A stretch of 64,000 nucleotides of DNA. It comes from Thermodesulfobacteriota bacterium. GTDB taxonomy: Bacteria; Desulfobacterota_D; UBA1144; Nemesobacterales; UBA2774. A program made the translations under genes and the position numbers. Location: the NCBI GenBank assembly GCA_965216785.1, contig OZ244197.1, forward strand, positions 3,054,198 through 3,118,197. Reading direction: 5' to 3'. Each line of letters begins with the position of its first letter. Position 1 is the first letter of the stretch. Shown here one piece after another: positions 37,621-48,326 of this stretch. The notes below the pieces were generated by a model. That model saw only the letters and a program-made list of their open reading frames with translations. It searched no databases and was not told the DNA's origin.

Positions 37621-38892
37621 ATGAACAAGACGGCTATTTCTATTTCAAATATTGGTAAAGAATACAAAATCGGCGAAAAAGTCGAATACGGAAGTTTAAG
37701 GGAAGATTTAACCAATTTTATTAGTAGTGGGGTAAAAAAGTTAGTCTCAAAACAAGACGGCTCCAACGGAGCGGAAAAGATTACAGCTCAAGATTACTTC
37801 TGGTCTCTGAAAGATATTTCTTTTGATATCGGCAGAGGAGAGATAATGGGAATTATCGGCCGAAACGGCGCCGGTAAAAGCACACTCCTTAAAATAATAG
37901 CCGGAATTACAGAGCCTACAGAGGGAAGAATAAATATCTACGGCCGCATAGCTTCTTTACTGGAAGTAGGTACCGGTTTTCATCAGGAGCTCACCGGTCG
38001 AGAGAACATATACCTAAACGGCGCGATTCTGGGCATGAGAAGAACCGAGATAGATAGTAAGTTTGATGAGATCGTCGCGTTCTCGGAAGTCGAAAAATTC
38101 ATCGATACCCCGGTGAAGTTTTATTCAACAGGCATGAGAGTCAGACTAGGGTTTTCGGTTGCGGCACATTTAGAGCCTGAGATTCTCCTGATTGACGAAG
38201 TGCTTGCCGTTGGAGACGCCGCATTCCAAAAGAAATGTCTTGGCAAGCTTAATAATGTTGCTACCTCAGAGGGCAGAACGGTATTATTCGTTAGTCACGA
38301 TATGACTGCAATTTTATCTCTTTGTAATCGAACAATACTTTTAGAGAACGGTAAAGTCGTTGCACAAGGTAAGACAGATCAAGTTGTTCAACAATATCTA
38401 GGCGCAGTCGTCACAAACTCCACAGCTCCCTTAGAATTAAGAGAGGATCGCACAGGTGATGGAAGTGTATTAATTACTTCGCTCTCTATCGAAAATTCCA
38501 ATGCAAATAACCCAATTAAACCCGGATGCAAGCTGAAAATTAAAATAAGCTATAAGAGTAAAGATCTGGTTAGTCATCCTCAATTTCTATTTAAAATTAG
38601 GGACTTCAGAACCAATGCAGTTATTCTTCGTCTCGACAGCGATATGATGAGCGGGTTACCTGACGTTCTACCACCTGAGGGTGCAATAAGTTGTATCACT
38701 GACAATATATATATTACTCCTGGAAGATGTATAGTCGATGTAGAAATAAGAAAAGGGACGCTTAGCTGTGACCTTATACAACATGCTGGACACTTCGATA
38801 TCGCAACAGACGATGTATACGGAACAGGAAAAATACCAGAACGAGATCAAGCATCTTATCTGGTTAAGTACAAGTTTTTACTGGAAGAATAA
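37621..38892 (+). CDS. wzt: ABC polysaccharide exporter ATPase with C-terminal Wzt_C domain
   Basis: GRNGAGKST, ELTGREN, YSTGM, DEVLAVGD; C-terminal extension beyond the NBD. Confidence 0.93.
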   Translation: MNKTAISISNIGKEYKIGEKVEYGSLREDLTNFISSGVKKLVSKQDGSNGAEKITAQDYFWSLKDISFDIGRGEIMGIIGRNGAGKSTLLKIIAGITEPTEGRINIYGRIASLLEVGTGFHQELTGRENIYLNGAILGMRRTEIDSKFDEIVAFSEVEKFIDTPVKFYSTGMRVRLGFSVAAHLEPEILLIDEVLAVGDAAFQKKCLGKLNNVATSEGRTVLFVSHDMTAILSLCNRTILLENGKVVAQGKTDQVVQQYLGAVVTNSTAPLELREDRTGDGSVLITSLSIENSNANNPIKPGCKLKIKISYKSKDLVSHPQFLFKIRDFRTNAVILRLDSDMMSGLPDVLPPEGAISCITDNIYITPGRCIVDVEIRKGTLSCDLIQHAGHFDIATDDVYGTGKIPERDQASYLVKYKFLLEE

Positions 38893-38954
38893 CCGAATAT
38901 ATGAAATGAATAATTACACAATAGAAAGCAAATAAATAATCGGGTGCAAGTACC

Positions 38955-39707
38955 GTGTCAATACTTAACAATAATTTAACAAAATTAGTTTGGTGTTTAT
39001 TGCCTAGTTATCTCCGTAGCTATATCGGTACAAAGTTGAAATATAAGGGTTATATACCCATTGGCTTGATCAATTTTGGAGACTTTAGAAGACTAACTCC
39101 GATAGGAAGCAATTACGGACATGATAGAGGCAAACCGATTGACAGATTTTATATAGAGAATTTCCTGGACTCCAATTCTTCCGACATTAAGGGTAGTGTG
39201 CTGGAGATTGAAGATAACGCATATACACTTAGATACGGAAAAGATAAAGTAACAAATAGTGATATCCTTAATCTATCTAAAGAAATAAACCCCGCGACAA
39301 CGATCGTGGCAGATCTTTCATCAGCCCCTCATATACCTTCAAATTCATTTGACTGCATTATATTTACGCAAACTCTGCAATATATATACAATGTAAACGG
39401 AGCCATTAAGACTTTACATCGAGTACTGAAGCCCGGCGGAGTCCTGCTTGCTACCATACCGGCTATTAGTCAACTGGATGCACACTGGTCTGAGCAATAT
39501 TTTTGGAATTTTAGCTCTGCTTCCACCGGACTATTATTTAGAGAGCATTTTCCTGATGATAAAGTAGAAATTCACGGATGCGGCAATATATTAACTGCAA
39601 TAAGCTTTCTCCATGGATTGGCATTAGACGAATTAACTGAAAAAGAGTTGAATTACCAAGATGATATATATGAGTTAATCATAACAATTAAGGCTACTAA
39701 AAATTAA
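38955..39707 (+). CDS. Class I SAM-dependent methyltransferase
   Basis: DRGxPIDRFYIExFL, VLEI, FDCIIxTQTLQ, LKPGGVLL. Confidence 0.82.
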   Translation: MSILNNNLTKLVWCLLPSYLRSYIGTKLKYKGYIPIGLINFGDFRRLTPIGSNYGHDRGKPIDRFYIENFLDSNSSDIKGSVLEIEDNAYTLRYGKDKVTNSDILNLSKEINPATTIVADLSSAPHIPSNSFDCIIFTQTLQYIYNVNGAIKTLHRVLKPGGVLLATIPAISQLDAHWSEQYFWNFSSASTGLLFREHFPDDKVEIHGCGNILTAISFLHGLALDELTEKELNYQDDIYELIITIKATKN

Positions 39708-39724
39708 TAAAACTGAGCGATAAT

Positions 39725-40549
39725 ATGTCTATTTCAATCCCTATACTTATGTACCATCAAGTTAGCACTGTTACTCATCCCAATTTTCGGGAGTATACGG
39801 TAACAACTGAAATGTTCACCTCTCAGATGAGGATTCTGAAACGTCTGGGATTTAACCCTATTACGTTCAATCAACTATACTCGTACAAAAAGGGAACCGG
39901 CACTCTACCTAGGAAACCTATAATTATTACCTTTGACGACGTGTTGGTTGACGCTGTAGAATGTGCAGTCCCAATACTTGAAGAATTTGGATTTAAAGCG
40001 GTATTCTATGTGCCAACCGATTTTGTTGGAAGAAAAAGCAGCTGGATGATACCTGACGTAGATGTCGAATTCCCTGTAGTAAGTTGGAAAGAAATTCGAG
40101 ACCTTGCTTCAAAGGGTTTTGAAATTGGCTCTCATTCAATGACCCATCCCCATCTGGATAAAATATCATCTGAAAACTGCTACAGAGAACTTGAAGGATC
40201 TCGCAAGAAACTCGAACAGGAACTAGGAATTGAAATTAGGCATATGGCTTATCCATTTGGCGAATTCGATGAGAGTGTAAGAGAGTTAGCAAATAATGCT
40301 GGTTATTATACAGCTTGCGCTGGTGAGTCCTACATAGCCAACTCAAACACTCACTTGCTCAGCCTGCCGAGGCAAAATGTCGGTATGAGCGATAATATGG
40401 CTGAGTTTGTATTGAAGATACATTTTGGATATACGATTACTGATGTAAGGAAGATGATAACAAGCAGAACAGAAAACTTAAAAAGGCATATTCCTAAACC
40501 TGTCAGGCAAGTACTAAAAAAACTATTAAGATATCCAAATTCAGCTTAA
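39725..40549 (+). CDS. Polysaccharide deacetylase (CE4/NodB)
   Basis: PILMYH, ITFDD, GSHSMTH, AYPFG. Confidence 0.9.
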   Translation: MSISIPILMYHQVSTVTHPNFREYTVTTEMFTSQMRILKRLGFNPITFNQLYSYKKGTGTLPRKPIIITFDDVLVDAVECAVPILEEFGFKAVFYVPTDFVGRKSSWMIPDVDVEFPVVSWKEIRDLASKGFEIGSHSMTHPHLDKISSENCYRELEGSRKKLEQELGIEIRHMAYPFGEFDESVRELANNAGYYTACAGESYIANSNTHLLSLPRQNVGMSDNMAEFVLKIHFGYTITDVRKMITSRTENLKRHIPKPVRQVLKKLLRYPNSA

Positions 40550-40555
40550 TACATC

Positions 40556-41551
40556 ATGATTAAAGTCAGCATAATAATACCGACATACCAACGGTGTAGC
40601 TCATTGAAGCGTGCTCTAAACGCTCTTAACTCACAATCATTCCCCTTTGATGAGTTTGAAGTAATAGTGTCAATTGATGGATCTCAGGACGGTTCCAAAG
40701 AGTTTGTCAAACAATTCAAGTCTAAATATAATCTGCAATACATATGGGAGCCGAATGAAGGCAGAGCATTTGCATGCAACAGAGGCATACGGAAAGCTAA
40801 AGGGGAAGTTCTAATAATAATAGACGATGACATGGAACCTGGATTTGAATTTGTTAGTGCGCACTTCAAAGCCCATCAATCAAACGCAATGCTCGGCATA
40901 ATGGGGGCAGCTCCCATACCCCTTGATAATAATTCTTCGATTGCAGCACACTATATAGCTTCGGAATTTAATTCAAGACAGAATAAGATTTCATCACCAG
41001 ACTACAAATTCCAGATCAGAGACTTTTACGGCGGCAACCTGTCAATTCGTCTGGAGAATATTTTAAACATAGGAGGGTTTGATGAATCTTTCAAAGGATA
41101 CGCCCATGAAGACATAGAGCTCGCTTACCGGTTAATTAAATCGGGCGTTACAATCATATATGATAAAGACGCATACTGCACTCAACACTATGAAGATAAT
41201 TTTCGAAACCTTCTCAAAAAAACAATTTCTGCAGGTAAAAGTGCGGTCTTACTTTATAGAATGTACCCTAATTCTTTTGAAGAAAATGAGCTCGCAACTT
41301 ATAATTCAGACGGCTGGAAGTGGCGTTCGCTTCGTTTGTTCTTAATTTGGATCAGCATTATTATTCCCTTTACAACCGATATTATTGCATCATTTGTAAT
41401 ACATTTCGGGAAATCATATTCAGGAATAAAAGCAAAACTATGCTATTTAGCTATGGATTATTCCCTTTGGCTTGGAGTCTGGCTAGCGCTGAGAAATGAT
41501 ACCGATAGAAGACAGATCATCTCCAAAATAAAATCTTTCAAAAGAAAATGA
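40556..41551 (+). CDS. Glycosyltransferase family 2
   Basis: SIIIPTY, DGSxD, IDDD, GGFDE..EDxEL. Confidence 0.9.
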   Translation: MIKVSIIIPTYQRCSSLKRALNALNSQSFPFDEFEVIVSIDGSQDGSKEFVKQFKSKYNLQYIWEPNEGRAFACNRGIRKAKGEVLIIIDDDMEPGFEFVSAHFKAHQSNAMLGIMGAAPIPLDNNSSIAAHYIASEFNSRQNKISSPDYKFQIRDFYGGNLSIRLENILNIGGFDESFKGYAHEDIELAYRLIKSGVTIIYDKDAYCTQHYEDNFRNLLKKTISAGKSAVLLYRMYPNSFEENELATYNSDGWKWRSLRLFLIWISIIIPFTTDIIASFVIHFGKSYSGIKAKLCYLAMDYSLWLGVWLALRNDTDRRQIISKIKSFKRK

Positions 41552-41619
41552 AAAAAAATTAACATACAAAAATCATGACTCGCATTAATATTACTAATAT
41601 ATCAACAATGGTAGCTTAA

Positions 41620-42390
41620 ATGAACCGTAAAATCCCAATCCTAACATATCACCAAGTGGCGCCAAACCCTGAGGCGTGCTATCCGCTGCAGTCAGTAGAA
41701 CCTAAGGCTTTTGCGCTCCAAATGAAAATGCTTAGTAGGCTAGGCTACAACACTATCGATCTTGATCAATTGTATGAATATAGAATGGGGAGGGGCAACC
41801 TACCGGAAAAGCCGATTGTAATAACATTTGATGACGGTTATCAAGACTCAATAGATTATTCAATCCCTATCCTAAAGGATTACGGTTTCACTGCGATTTA
41901 CTATATACCTACCGATTATATAGGAAAAAATAGCTCATGGTTAATGCCTGAGCTAGGATTTGAATTGCCAATTGTCGATTGGGAAAGAATTAAGTGGCTT
42001 GACTCAAACGGTTATCATATCGGAGACCATTCTGCATCTCACCCCCACCTTGACCGGATCACAAGAGATGAATGTATTAATGAGCTTGAAATCTCAAAGA
42101 ACATACTTGAAGAAAAACTCGGACATGAAGTTAAACATTTAGCGTACCCTTACGGATCATACAACAAATCAGTAATGTTAGCTGCCTCAGAGATTGGTTA
42201 TAACACCGCATGTACAATCGAAGAAGGCTTATGTAAACCCAAGTACGACCGACTTTCTCTACCCCGTATCAATATAGGGCAAAGAGATTCGATAGTAGAT
42301 TTTGTTTCGAAAATACATACAGGCTTTAGCCCACAAAGCGGTGCAAAGATACTTTTCAATAAAACATTAAATATTTTCAGCATCCTATGA
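41620..42390 (+). CDS. Polysaccharide deacetylase (CE4/NodB)
   Basis: PILTYH, ITFDDGY, HSASHPHL, AYPYG. Confidence 0.9.
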   Translation: MNRKIPILTYHQVAPNPEACYPLQSVEPKAFALQMKMLSRLGYNTIDLDQLYEYRMGRGNLPEKPIVITFDDGYQDSIDYSIPILKDYGFTAIYYIPTDYIGKNSSWLMPELGFELPIVDWERIKWLDSNGYHIGDHSASHPHLDRITRDECINELEISKNILEEKLGHEVKHLAYPYGSYNKSVMLAASEIGYNTACTIEEGLCKPKYDRLSLPRINIGQRDSIVDFVSKIHTGFSPQSGAKILFNKTLNIFSIL

Positions 42391-42470
42391 ACGTAAAGCA
42401 TTATAATTCAATTAAGACCCATCCCCATGTTTTCGTACAAAATTATAATTTCATATGAGACACAATTACA

Positions 42471-43580
42471 ATGAAGCACACAGTCGTACATTACATTGAC
42501 AGTAAAGAGTTCGGCGGAGCCGAGCAAATGGTTTTTACTATATTAAAAGGAATGGCCCGCAATAAATGGAAAATCGTATTGATTTACCATCCGCATGTCG
42601 GCTTGTCTCGCTTTATAGAAAAAGTAAACGAGCTTGATGTGAGCACAGTTTGCCTACCAGAAATAAAAAACTGGAGAGATATCTCCGGATTTATAAGATT
42701 TATCAGGAAGTTAAGGCATATCAAACCCTCCGTATTCCACGCTCACTTACCATGGCATCTACGCTGCACATTCGGCATTCTCTGCGCATTTTGTGCCCGT
42801 GTTCCTGCAATCATAGCTACTCTTCATGCTTATCAAGAAAATCTAGGACGTAAAGAACTCTTCATCCAGAAAATTTTATCAATTTTAGTAGACCGCTATA
42901 TTGCTGTATCGAAAAGTATTGCAAAACAATTCAAAAAAGTAACACTTTTTGAGGCCAATGTCTTAGTAATTCACAATGGGATTTGTATTGATAGATTTAG
43001 TAAGACAAACATGGACGATCCACTCAGCTCCATGAAAGCTCAAAAAGAGTTCACAACCATTCTAATGATTGCCCGCATGGATAAACACAAAGGGTACGAA
43101 GATTTGATATCTGCTGCGGCTCTCATACCTAATGCTTACTTTATGCTTGTAGGAGACGGACCTGAGAGAAAGAAACTGGAACAAAGTGTAAAGAAATTAA
43201 ATATGCAAGATCGTGTTTTATTTCTAGGATACAGAGAAGATATACCCTCACTTCTAAGTAGTTGCGATCTATTTGTACTCCCTTCACTATTTGAAGGTCT
43301 GCCGCTAACCATACTCGAAGCGATGGCTGCCGAAAAACCGGTGATTGCTTCAAATATTAGTGGGATAGATGAAATAATTACGGACGACGAGACAGGATTT
43401 TTAGTACCCACCAAAGATCCTGAAGCCCTATCATCAGCTATAAAGATTTGTATTTCAAACCCCGATAAAGCCCAAAAAGTGGCCCAAGCGGGGAATATTC
43501 GGGTTAAAAAAGAATTCTCCGACAAGAAAATGCTCAAAGCTATATCCACATTATACGAGGAACAGTTAAATTCTGTGTAA
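42471..43580 (+). CDS. Glycosyltransferase family 4
   Basis: GGAE, HKG, PSLFEGLPLTILEAMA. Confidence 0.9.
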   Translation: MKHTVVHYIDSKEFGGAEQMVFTILKGMARNKWKIVLIYHPHVGLSRFIEKVNELDVSTVCLPEIKNWRDISGFIRFIRKLRHIKPSVFHAHLPWHLRCTFGILCAFCARVPAIIATLHAYQENLGRKELFIQKILSILVDRYIAVSKSIAKQFKKVTLFEANVLVIHNGICIDRFSKTNMDDPLSSMKAQKEFTTILMIARMDKHKGYEDLISAAALIPNAYFMLVGDGPERKKLEQSVKKLNMQDRVLFLGYREDIPSLLSSCDLFVLPSLFEGLPLTILEAMAAEKPVIASNISGIDEIITDDETGFLVPTKDPEALSSAIKICISNPDKAQKVAQAGNIRVKKEFSDKKMLKAISTLYEEQLNSV

Positions 43581-43593
43581 AAGATAAAAACAG

Positions 43594-44367
43594 ATGAACC
43601 CTAATAAACTCCCAATTATACAAAGCCTTTGGATCGGTGAAAAACTATCCGTAATGGAACAGCTCAGCATATCATCTTTTGTCAAAAACGGCCATCCGTT
43701 CCATTTATATGTATACGATGATATCGAGAACATACCACATGGTACAGTTGTTAAAGATGCAAGCAAAATACTCACTCGCGACAAATTTTTCAAAAACAAA
43801 CAAGAATACAGCTACGGGGCAATTTCAGATATATTCAGATATAAATTAATCCTAGAGAAGGGTAATTATTGGGTGGATACAGACGTAATATGCTTAATGC
43901 CCATTGATGATGAATCTGAGTATGTGTTCGCACGAGCTAAACAGCGTACATTATGGAGCCCGCCAGAAGATACGTTTCAGGTGGAGTCTTGCCTTATCAA
44001 GGCACCCTCTGGATCAGGAATAATGGAATTTTGTTATGATCAATCAATTAAAAAAAATCCTGATGAAATAGTTTGGGGAGAAATAGGACCTGATCTACTT
44101 AAACGTGAGGTTATAAACTTCGGACTTACCAAATATGTGAAAGGCCCTAATGAATTCTGTCCTATTGATTGGCGTGATTGGAGAAGGTACATAAGCGGCT
44201 CAATTATTTCCACATCTATAGACAAGGTTAGGATGGCGGTTTACGGCACAAAGGCAGTTCATCTGTGGAACGAAATGTGGCGTCTAAACGGCGTGGATAA
44301 AAACAACAGCTTTCATGAAAGGAGTATATACGAGCAGTTAAAAAAACGTTATCTGAGTGACAGCTAA
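43594..44367 (+). CDS. DXD-motif glycosyltransferase (GT32-like)
   Basis: QSLWIG, SDIFRY, GxxWVDTD, WGEIGP, HLWNE. Confidence 0.8.
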   Translation: MNPNKLPIIQSLWIGEKLSVMEQLSISSFVKNGHPFHLYVYDDIENIPHGTVVKDASKILTRDKFFKNKQEYSYGAISDIFRYKLILEKGNYWVDTDVICLMPIDDESEYVFARAKQRTLWSPPEDTFQVESCLIKAPSGSGIMEFCYDQSIKKNPDEIVWGEIGPDLLKREVINFGLTKYVKGPNEFCPIDWRDWRRYISGSIISTSIDKVRMAVYGTKAVHLWNEMWRLNGVDKNNSFHERSIYEQLKKRYLSDS

Positions 44368-44390
44368 TAGAATAAGCAAAAACAATTCAA

Positions 44391-46073
44391 ATGGAGAAAA
44401 ACACCTTATCAAGAGAATCATTGAACCTGTTAATCAGAAGAATGGATGGACGCTTCTTATCATCTAATCCATATCCAAAAAAAAGTATATGTTTTGCGAA
44501 AGGCGCGCTTTCAGATGCGGTTGATCTTATATCAGAATCTGTGGTTCATTCTGCTTCCACTGTTAGTGACTGCGAGCTTGCAGTCGCTGTAGATCCGGAT
44601 CACAAAACTCTACAAGCCGCATCGTCTTCTCTTAAGCCGGGAGGAACATGTTATATAGAATGGAATGTAACCCAACTAGTTAACCTTAAAAACATTAGGA
44701 ATAAATTAGAGGCTTCAGGCTTTGATGATATCGCATTATACATTCCAAAGCCCCCTCCAAACATAGCTTCGGCAAAAACATGGATACCATTGAAATCTAA
44801 AAATGCTATTGAGTTCTGGAGTAAGATAGAGTACAACCAACCACCTGAAAATAATGCAAAATATATCAACTATTTTCTCAAGAGATCATTTGTAAAAATA
44901 TTCTCAGGCTTATTCAACACATTCCCGGGATTACTATATCCCAGAATCAAGAGCTTTATTATTTGCTCAATAGCTCACAAACCAATTCTCAATACAGACA
45001 AACAAATACCATCGAACAGAAAGACACATTCCGAAAATAAAGGGAAAGACTTTCATAGTTACTCAATTGAACCCGATAAATCAATATTAAAGAGCTCTGA
45101 TTCTTACTTTCAATCTCAACACTCATCTATCTTAATGATGACGGAAGGGTCGTTCTTACAGAACAATGTAATATTATTCGTATTTGCCGACGATAAAAGC
45201 GAGCCTACATACTTAGTCAAAATGTCTCGTCTAGCGAATTTTTCTAAAACACTGATTAATGAAGCAAACACGCTAAGCCACCTTGAGACAACCACTAAAG
45301 ATATTAACATTATCCCAAAGTTGTTGTTTTATGAAAATCTCAATGGGTACTCTTATATAGGTGAAACCTATATTAAAGGTAAAACCTTCAATAAAATTCT
45401 CACTAATAATAATTTTAGAGAGCTTTCGATGAGAGCCACGAAATTATTAGTAGAATTTGACACTGCAACAAGAAAGAAAGCCCCTAATAATTGGAAAGAC
45501 AAACTGATAAAACCAATTTTAACAAAATTCCTCACTTCCTATGGCCCCATACTGACACCCGATCTTATAAAAAAAGCATCTAGTCTATTGAATGAAATTG
45601 AATTAACACATACAGTTTGTACTCATGGCGATTATTCTCAAGGGAACATACTCATGAAATCGGATGGAGAATTAGCACTTATTGATTTTGAGCATAGCAT
45701 AATTCATGGTTTTCCGGTTATTGATATAATATACTTTCTTGCTCTTTTTAGCTTCGACCTTAAATCTGCCTGGGAAGGAAATAATTATTTATCATGTTAT
45801 AGAGATTTGATGAATGAAACTACCGATATTGGTAGAGTGTATAAAGAATGCCTGCATTATTATTGCGAACAAGTAGGAATTCAGAAATCAATGATCCCAA
45901 AATATCGACTTCTTTTATGGACTATGTTTCTAAACAGGAAATATGATGAGTTAAATTTGAGCGAGAACTTCACTCCAACCGAAAAATCATTACGAGATGT
46001 ATTACATATTGACTTATGGATAGAAGAAATCACCCGTTTAAGTTATTCTCAGAGCAAAATAAAATATAGCTAA
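44391..46073 (+). CDS. APH/kinase-like phosphotransferase with degenerate N-terminal methyltransferase-like segment
   Basis: C-terminal VK...E, HGDYSQGNI and LIDFE kinase motifs; N-terminal LKPGGTCYIEW. Confidence 0.65.
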   Translation: MEKNTLSRESLNLLIRRMDGRFLSSNPYPKKSICFAKGALSDAVDLISESVVHSASTVSDCELAVAVDPDHKTLQAASSSLKPGGTCYIEWNVTQLVNLKNIRNKLEASGFDDIALYIPKPPPNIASAKTWIPLKSKNAIEFWSKIEYNQPPENNAKYINYFLKRSFVKIFSGLFNTFPGLLYPRIKSFIICSIAHKPILNTDKQIPSNRKTHSENKGKDFHSYSIEPDKSILKSSDSYFQSQHSSILMMTEGSFLQNNVILFVFADDKSEPTYLVKMSRLANFSKTLINEANTLSHLETTTKDINIIPKLLFYENLNGYSYIGETYIKGKTFNKILTNNNFRELSMRATKLLVEFDTATRKKAPNNWKDKLIKPILTKFLTSYGPILTPDLIKKASSLLNEIELTHTVCTHGDYSQGNILMKSDGELALIDFEHSIIHGFPVIDIIYFLALFSFDLKSAWEGNNYLSCYRDLMNETTDIGRVYKECLHYYCEQVGIQKSMIPKYRLLLWTMFLNRKYDELNLSENFTPTEKSLRDVLHIDLWIEEITRLSYSQSKIKYS

Positions 46074-46076
46074 AGA

Positions 46077-47309
46077 ATGCCGATGCGAATCTTATTCATC
46101 TCAAGCTATTTCCCGGAAAATTTAAGTACAAGCATCCATGGCGTATATAAACGGATGGGCATGCTCATTGACGCTATAAAGGAAATCGCGGAAATAGACA
46201 TGCTGTTCTTCGTCCCACCTGAAAATTATAAACCCGGAGCCGACATATATTATCAAAAAGAGTTCTCAGAACACTGGGATAAAGAGATCAATCTATATCT
46301 ATGCCCCCGGGCCGAATTTAATGAAGAAGATGAAATTAGAAAATGGCTCTCTCTGGGCGCGGGAATTTTTAGCTTCTATAAACAAAGAGGAAAGATTGAA
46401 TACAGCGGAAGTGAACAACTAGCGGCTCTTGAGAAATGCTTAGACAGAAAACCCGGCGCGATTCTCGCGCACAGATTATCAGCCATGTGCCCGCTTCTCC
46501 TTACAGAACATTCACTGCCCCCGGTTTTCTTTGATCTAGACGATATTGAGCATGTAGTCTTAAAGCGCTACATAGAAAACAGGAAGAATTTACGCAGTAA
46601 TTTACTAAATCTTCTTCTTCCGTCTTTAACTAAGGGAGAGTATGAAGCAGTCAAGTTAGCGTCAAAAACATTTGTTTGCTCAGAATATGACCGTAAGTAT
46701 CTATCAGAGAAATTTAAACTCCCGGGAATTGTAGTTATACCAAACTCAATTAACATCCCTAAATTAGAACCTCTGACAAAAGAGCCGAACATGCTGTTCC
46801 TAGCGTCCGATTACGACCCGAATGTCCAGGCTGCGGAGTATTTAATCCAGGAAATTTGGCCTAGAGTGCTTGAGAAAGTCCCTCGCGCCAAATTAGTGAT
46901 AGCAGGCATCTCCCCTGATAAGCTAAATATAAAGCAGAGTGATGTACCGGGACTCGAGCTGCCCGGGTTTGTCAAAGATTTAGACGTGTTATACAAAAAA
47001 ACTCGCTCAACCATAGTGCCCATGCTTGTCGGCGGCGGAACGCGCTTTAAGATTGTAGAATCCGCGATGTACGGCAGACCCACGGTTTCCACTACTGTCG
47101 GAGCCGAGGGGATAGAACTTACCGATCCAAAGGAGATTCTTATCCAGGATACGCCTGAATCGATTGCGGAAGCATGTGTAGAATTACTTGAAAATTATGA
47201 GCTTAGTGTGAAGATCGGCCTTTGTGCAAGGGAAAAAGCTAAAAAGCTATACGACCGTAAAAACGTCGTAAACTCCGTAAAAACAAACATCATGAACAGC
47301 TTAAAATAA
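46077..47309 (+). CDS. Glycosyltransferase family 4
   Basis: GFVxDL, GGGTRFKIVESAMYGRPTVSTTVGAEG. Confidence 0.85.
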   Translation: MPMRILFISSYFPENLSTSIHGVYKRMGMLIDAIKEIAEIDMLFFVPPENYKPGADIYYQKEFSEHWDKEINLYLCPRAEFNEEDEIRKWLSLGAGIFSFYKQRGKIEYSGSEQLAALEKCLDRKPGAILAHRLSAMCPLLLTEHSLPPVFFDLDDIEHVVLKRYIENRKNLRSNLLNLLLPSLTKGEYEAVKLASKTFVCSEYDRKYLSEKFKLPGIVVIPNSINIPKLEPLTKEPNMLFLASDYDPNVQAAEYLIQEIWPRVLEKVPRAKLVIAGISPDKLNIKQSDVPGLELPGFVKDLDVLYKKTRSTIVPMLVGGGTRFKIVESAMYGRPTVSTTVGAEGIELTDPKEILIQDTPESIAEACVELLENYELSVKIGLCAREKAKKLYDRKNVVNSVKTNIMNSLK

Positions 47310-47351
47310 CTTATATCAATCTATAACGGGGAGATTTATACTTATAGAGTT

Positions 47352-48278
47352 ATGCCTAAGGTTAGCGTAATTATACCTACTTACAACCGCGGGGATTTTC
47401 TCAAGAGCTCCGTAAACAGTGTTCTGAAACAAACATATGAGGACTACGAGCTCATTATATCAGATGATGCTTCAACGGACCATACCAGGAAGTATGTGGA
47501 GAGCATATCTGATTCGAGAGTCGTGTATATATGTAATAAAACTAACCGGGGCGTAGCTGCCACAAGGAATAGCGCGCTTAAGATTTCAAGAGGGGACTAT
47601 ATAGCGTTTCTTGATGACGATGATGAATGGTTACCCGAAAAACTCTCATTGCAGGTCGAAAAGATAGAGAAGAGCTCCCCTGATGTAGGCGGCGTCTATA
47701 CCGGTGTGTCATACCTGGATATAGAACTCGGGGAAATAACATCCGTCTCAAACCCGCACATAAGAGGTAATATACTAAATGATATTCTCCCTGAGAATTT
47801 CCTAGTCACTTCATCCCTACTGCTCAGAAAATCATGCTTTGAAAAAGCAGGATTATTCGATGAAAGATTTCAATTCGGCGAAGATTTCGACATGTGGATC
47901 AGAATCGCGAACTACTATAATTTTGATTTCATAAAAGAGCCATTAGTGAAATATGCGATCCACGAGTCAAAGATCACACTAAACTACCAGAAAGTGATAT
48001 CAGGACTTGAATTACTGCTATCCAAACATAAGGATTTGTATTCACAAAATAAGAAGGCATACAGCGATTATACTCTCGGATTAGGGATATTCTATTGCTA
48101 TAACGGGAATACCACAATGGGAAGAATGAGCTTCATAGAGGCCATTAAGTTAAATCCCGCTAACATTAAACACTATTATAATTTTGCTCTTTCCTTGCTT
48201 GGAGCACGGGCGTTTATGAAAATAAAAATACATCGTTCCGGTCTTAGCCAGGCACTTAGAAGCTTAACCTATGGTTAA
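47352..48278 (+). CDS. Glycosyltransferase family 2
   Basis: VSVIIPTYNR, DDASTD, FLDDDDEW, GLFDE..EDFDMW. Confidence 0.92.
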   Translation: MPKVSVIIPTYNRGDFLKSSVNSVLKQTYEDYELIISDDASTDHTRKYVESISDSRVVYICNKTNRGVAATRNSALKISRGDYIAFLDDDDEWLPEKLSLQVEKIEKSSPDVGGVYTGVSYLDIELGEITSVSNPHIRGNILNDILPENFLVTSSLLLRKSCFEKAGLFDERFQFGEDFDMWIRIANYYNFDFIKEPLVKYAIHESKITLNYQKVISGLELLLSKHKDLYSQNKKAYSDYTLGLGIFYCYNGNTTMGRMSFIEAIKLNPANIKHYYNFALSLLGARAFMKIKIHRSGLSQALRSLTYG

Positions 48279-48326
48279 CGTTAAGCTCTCTAACAACTAA
48301 TGAAAAATCTATAAAATGAGAGAAAT

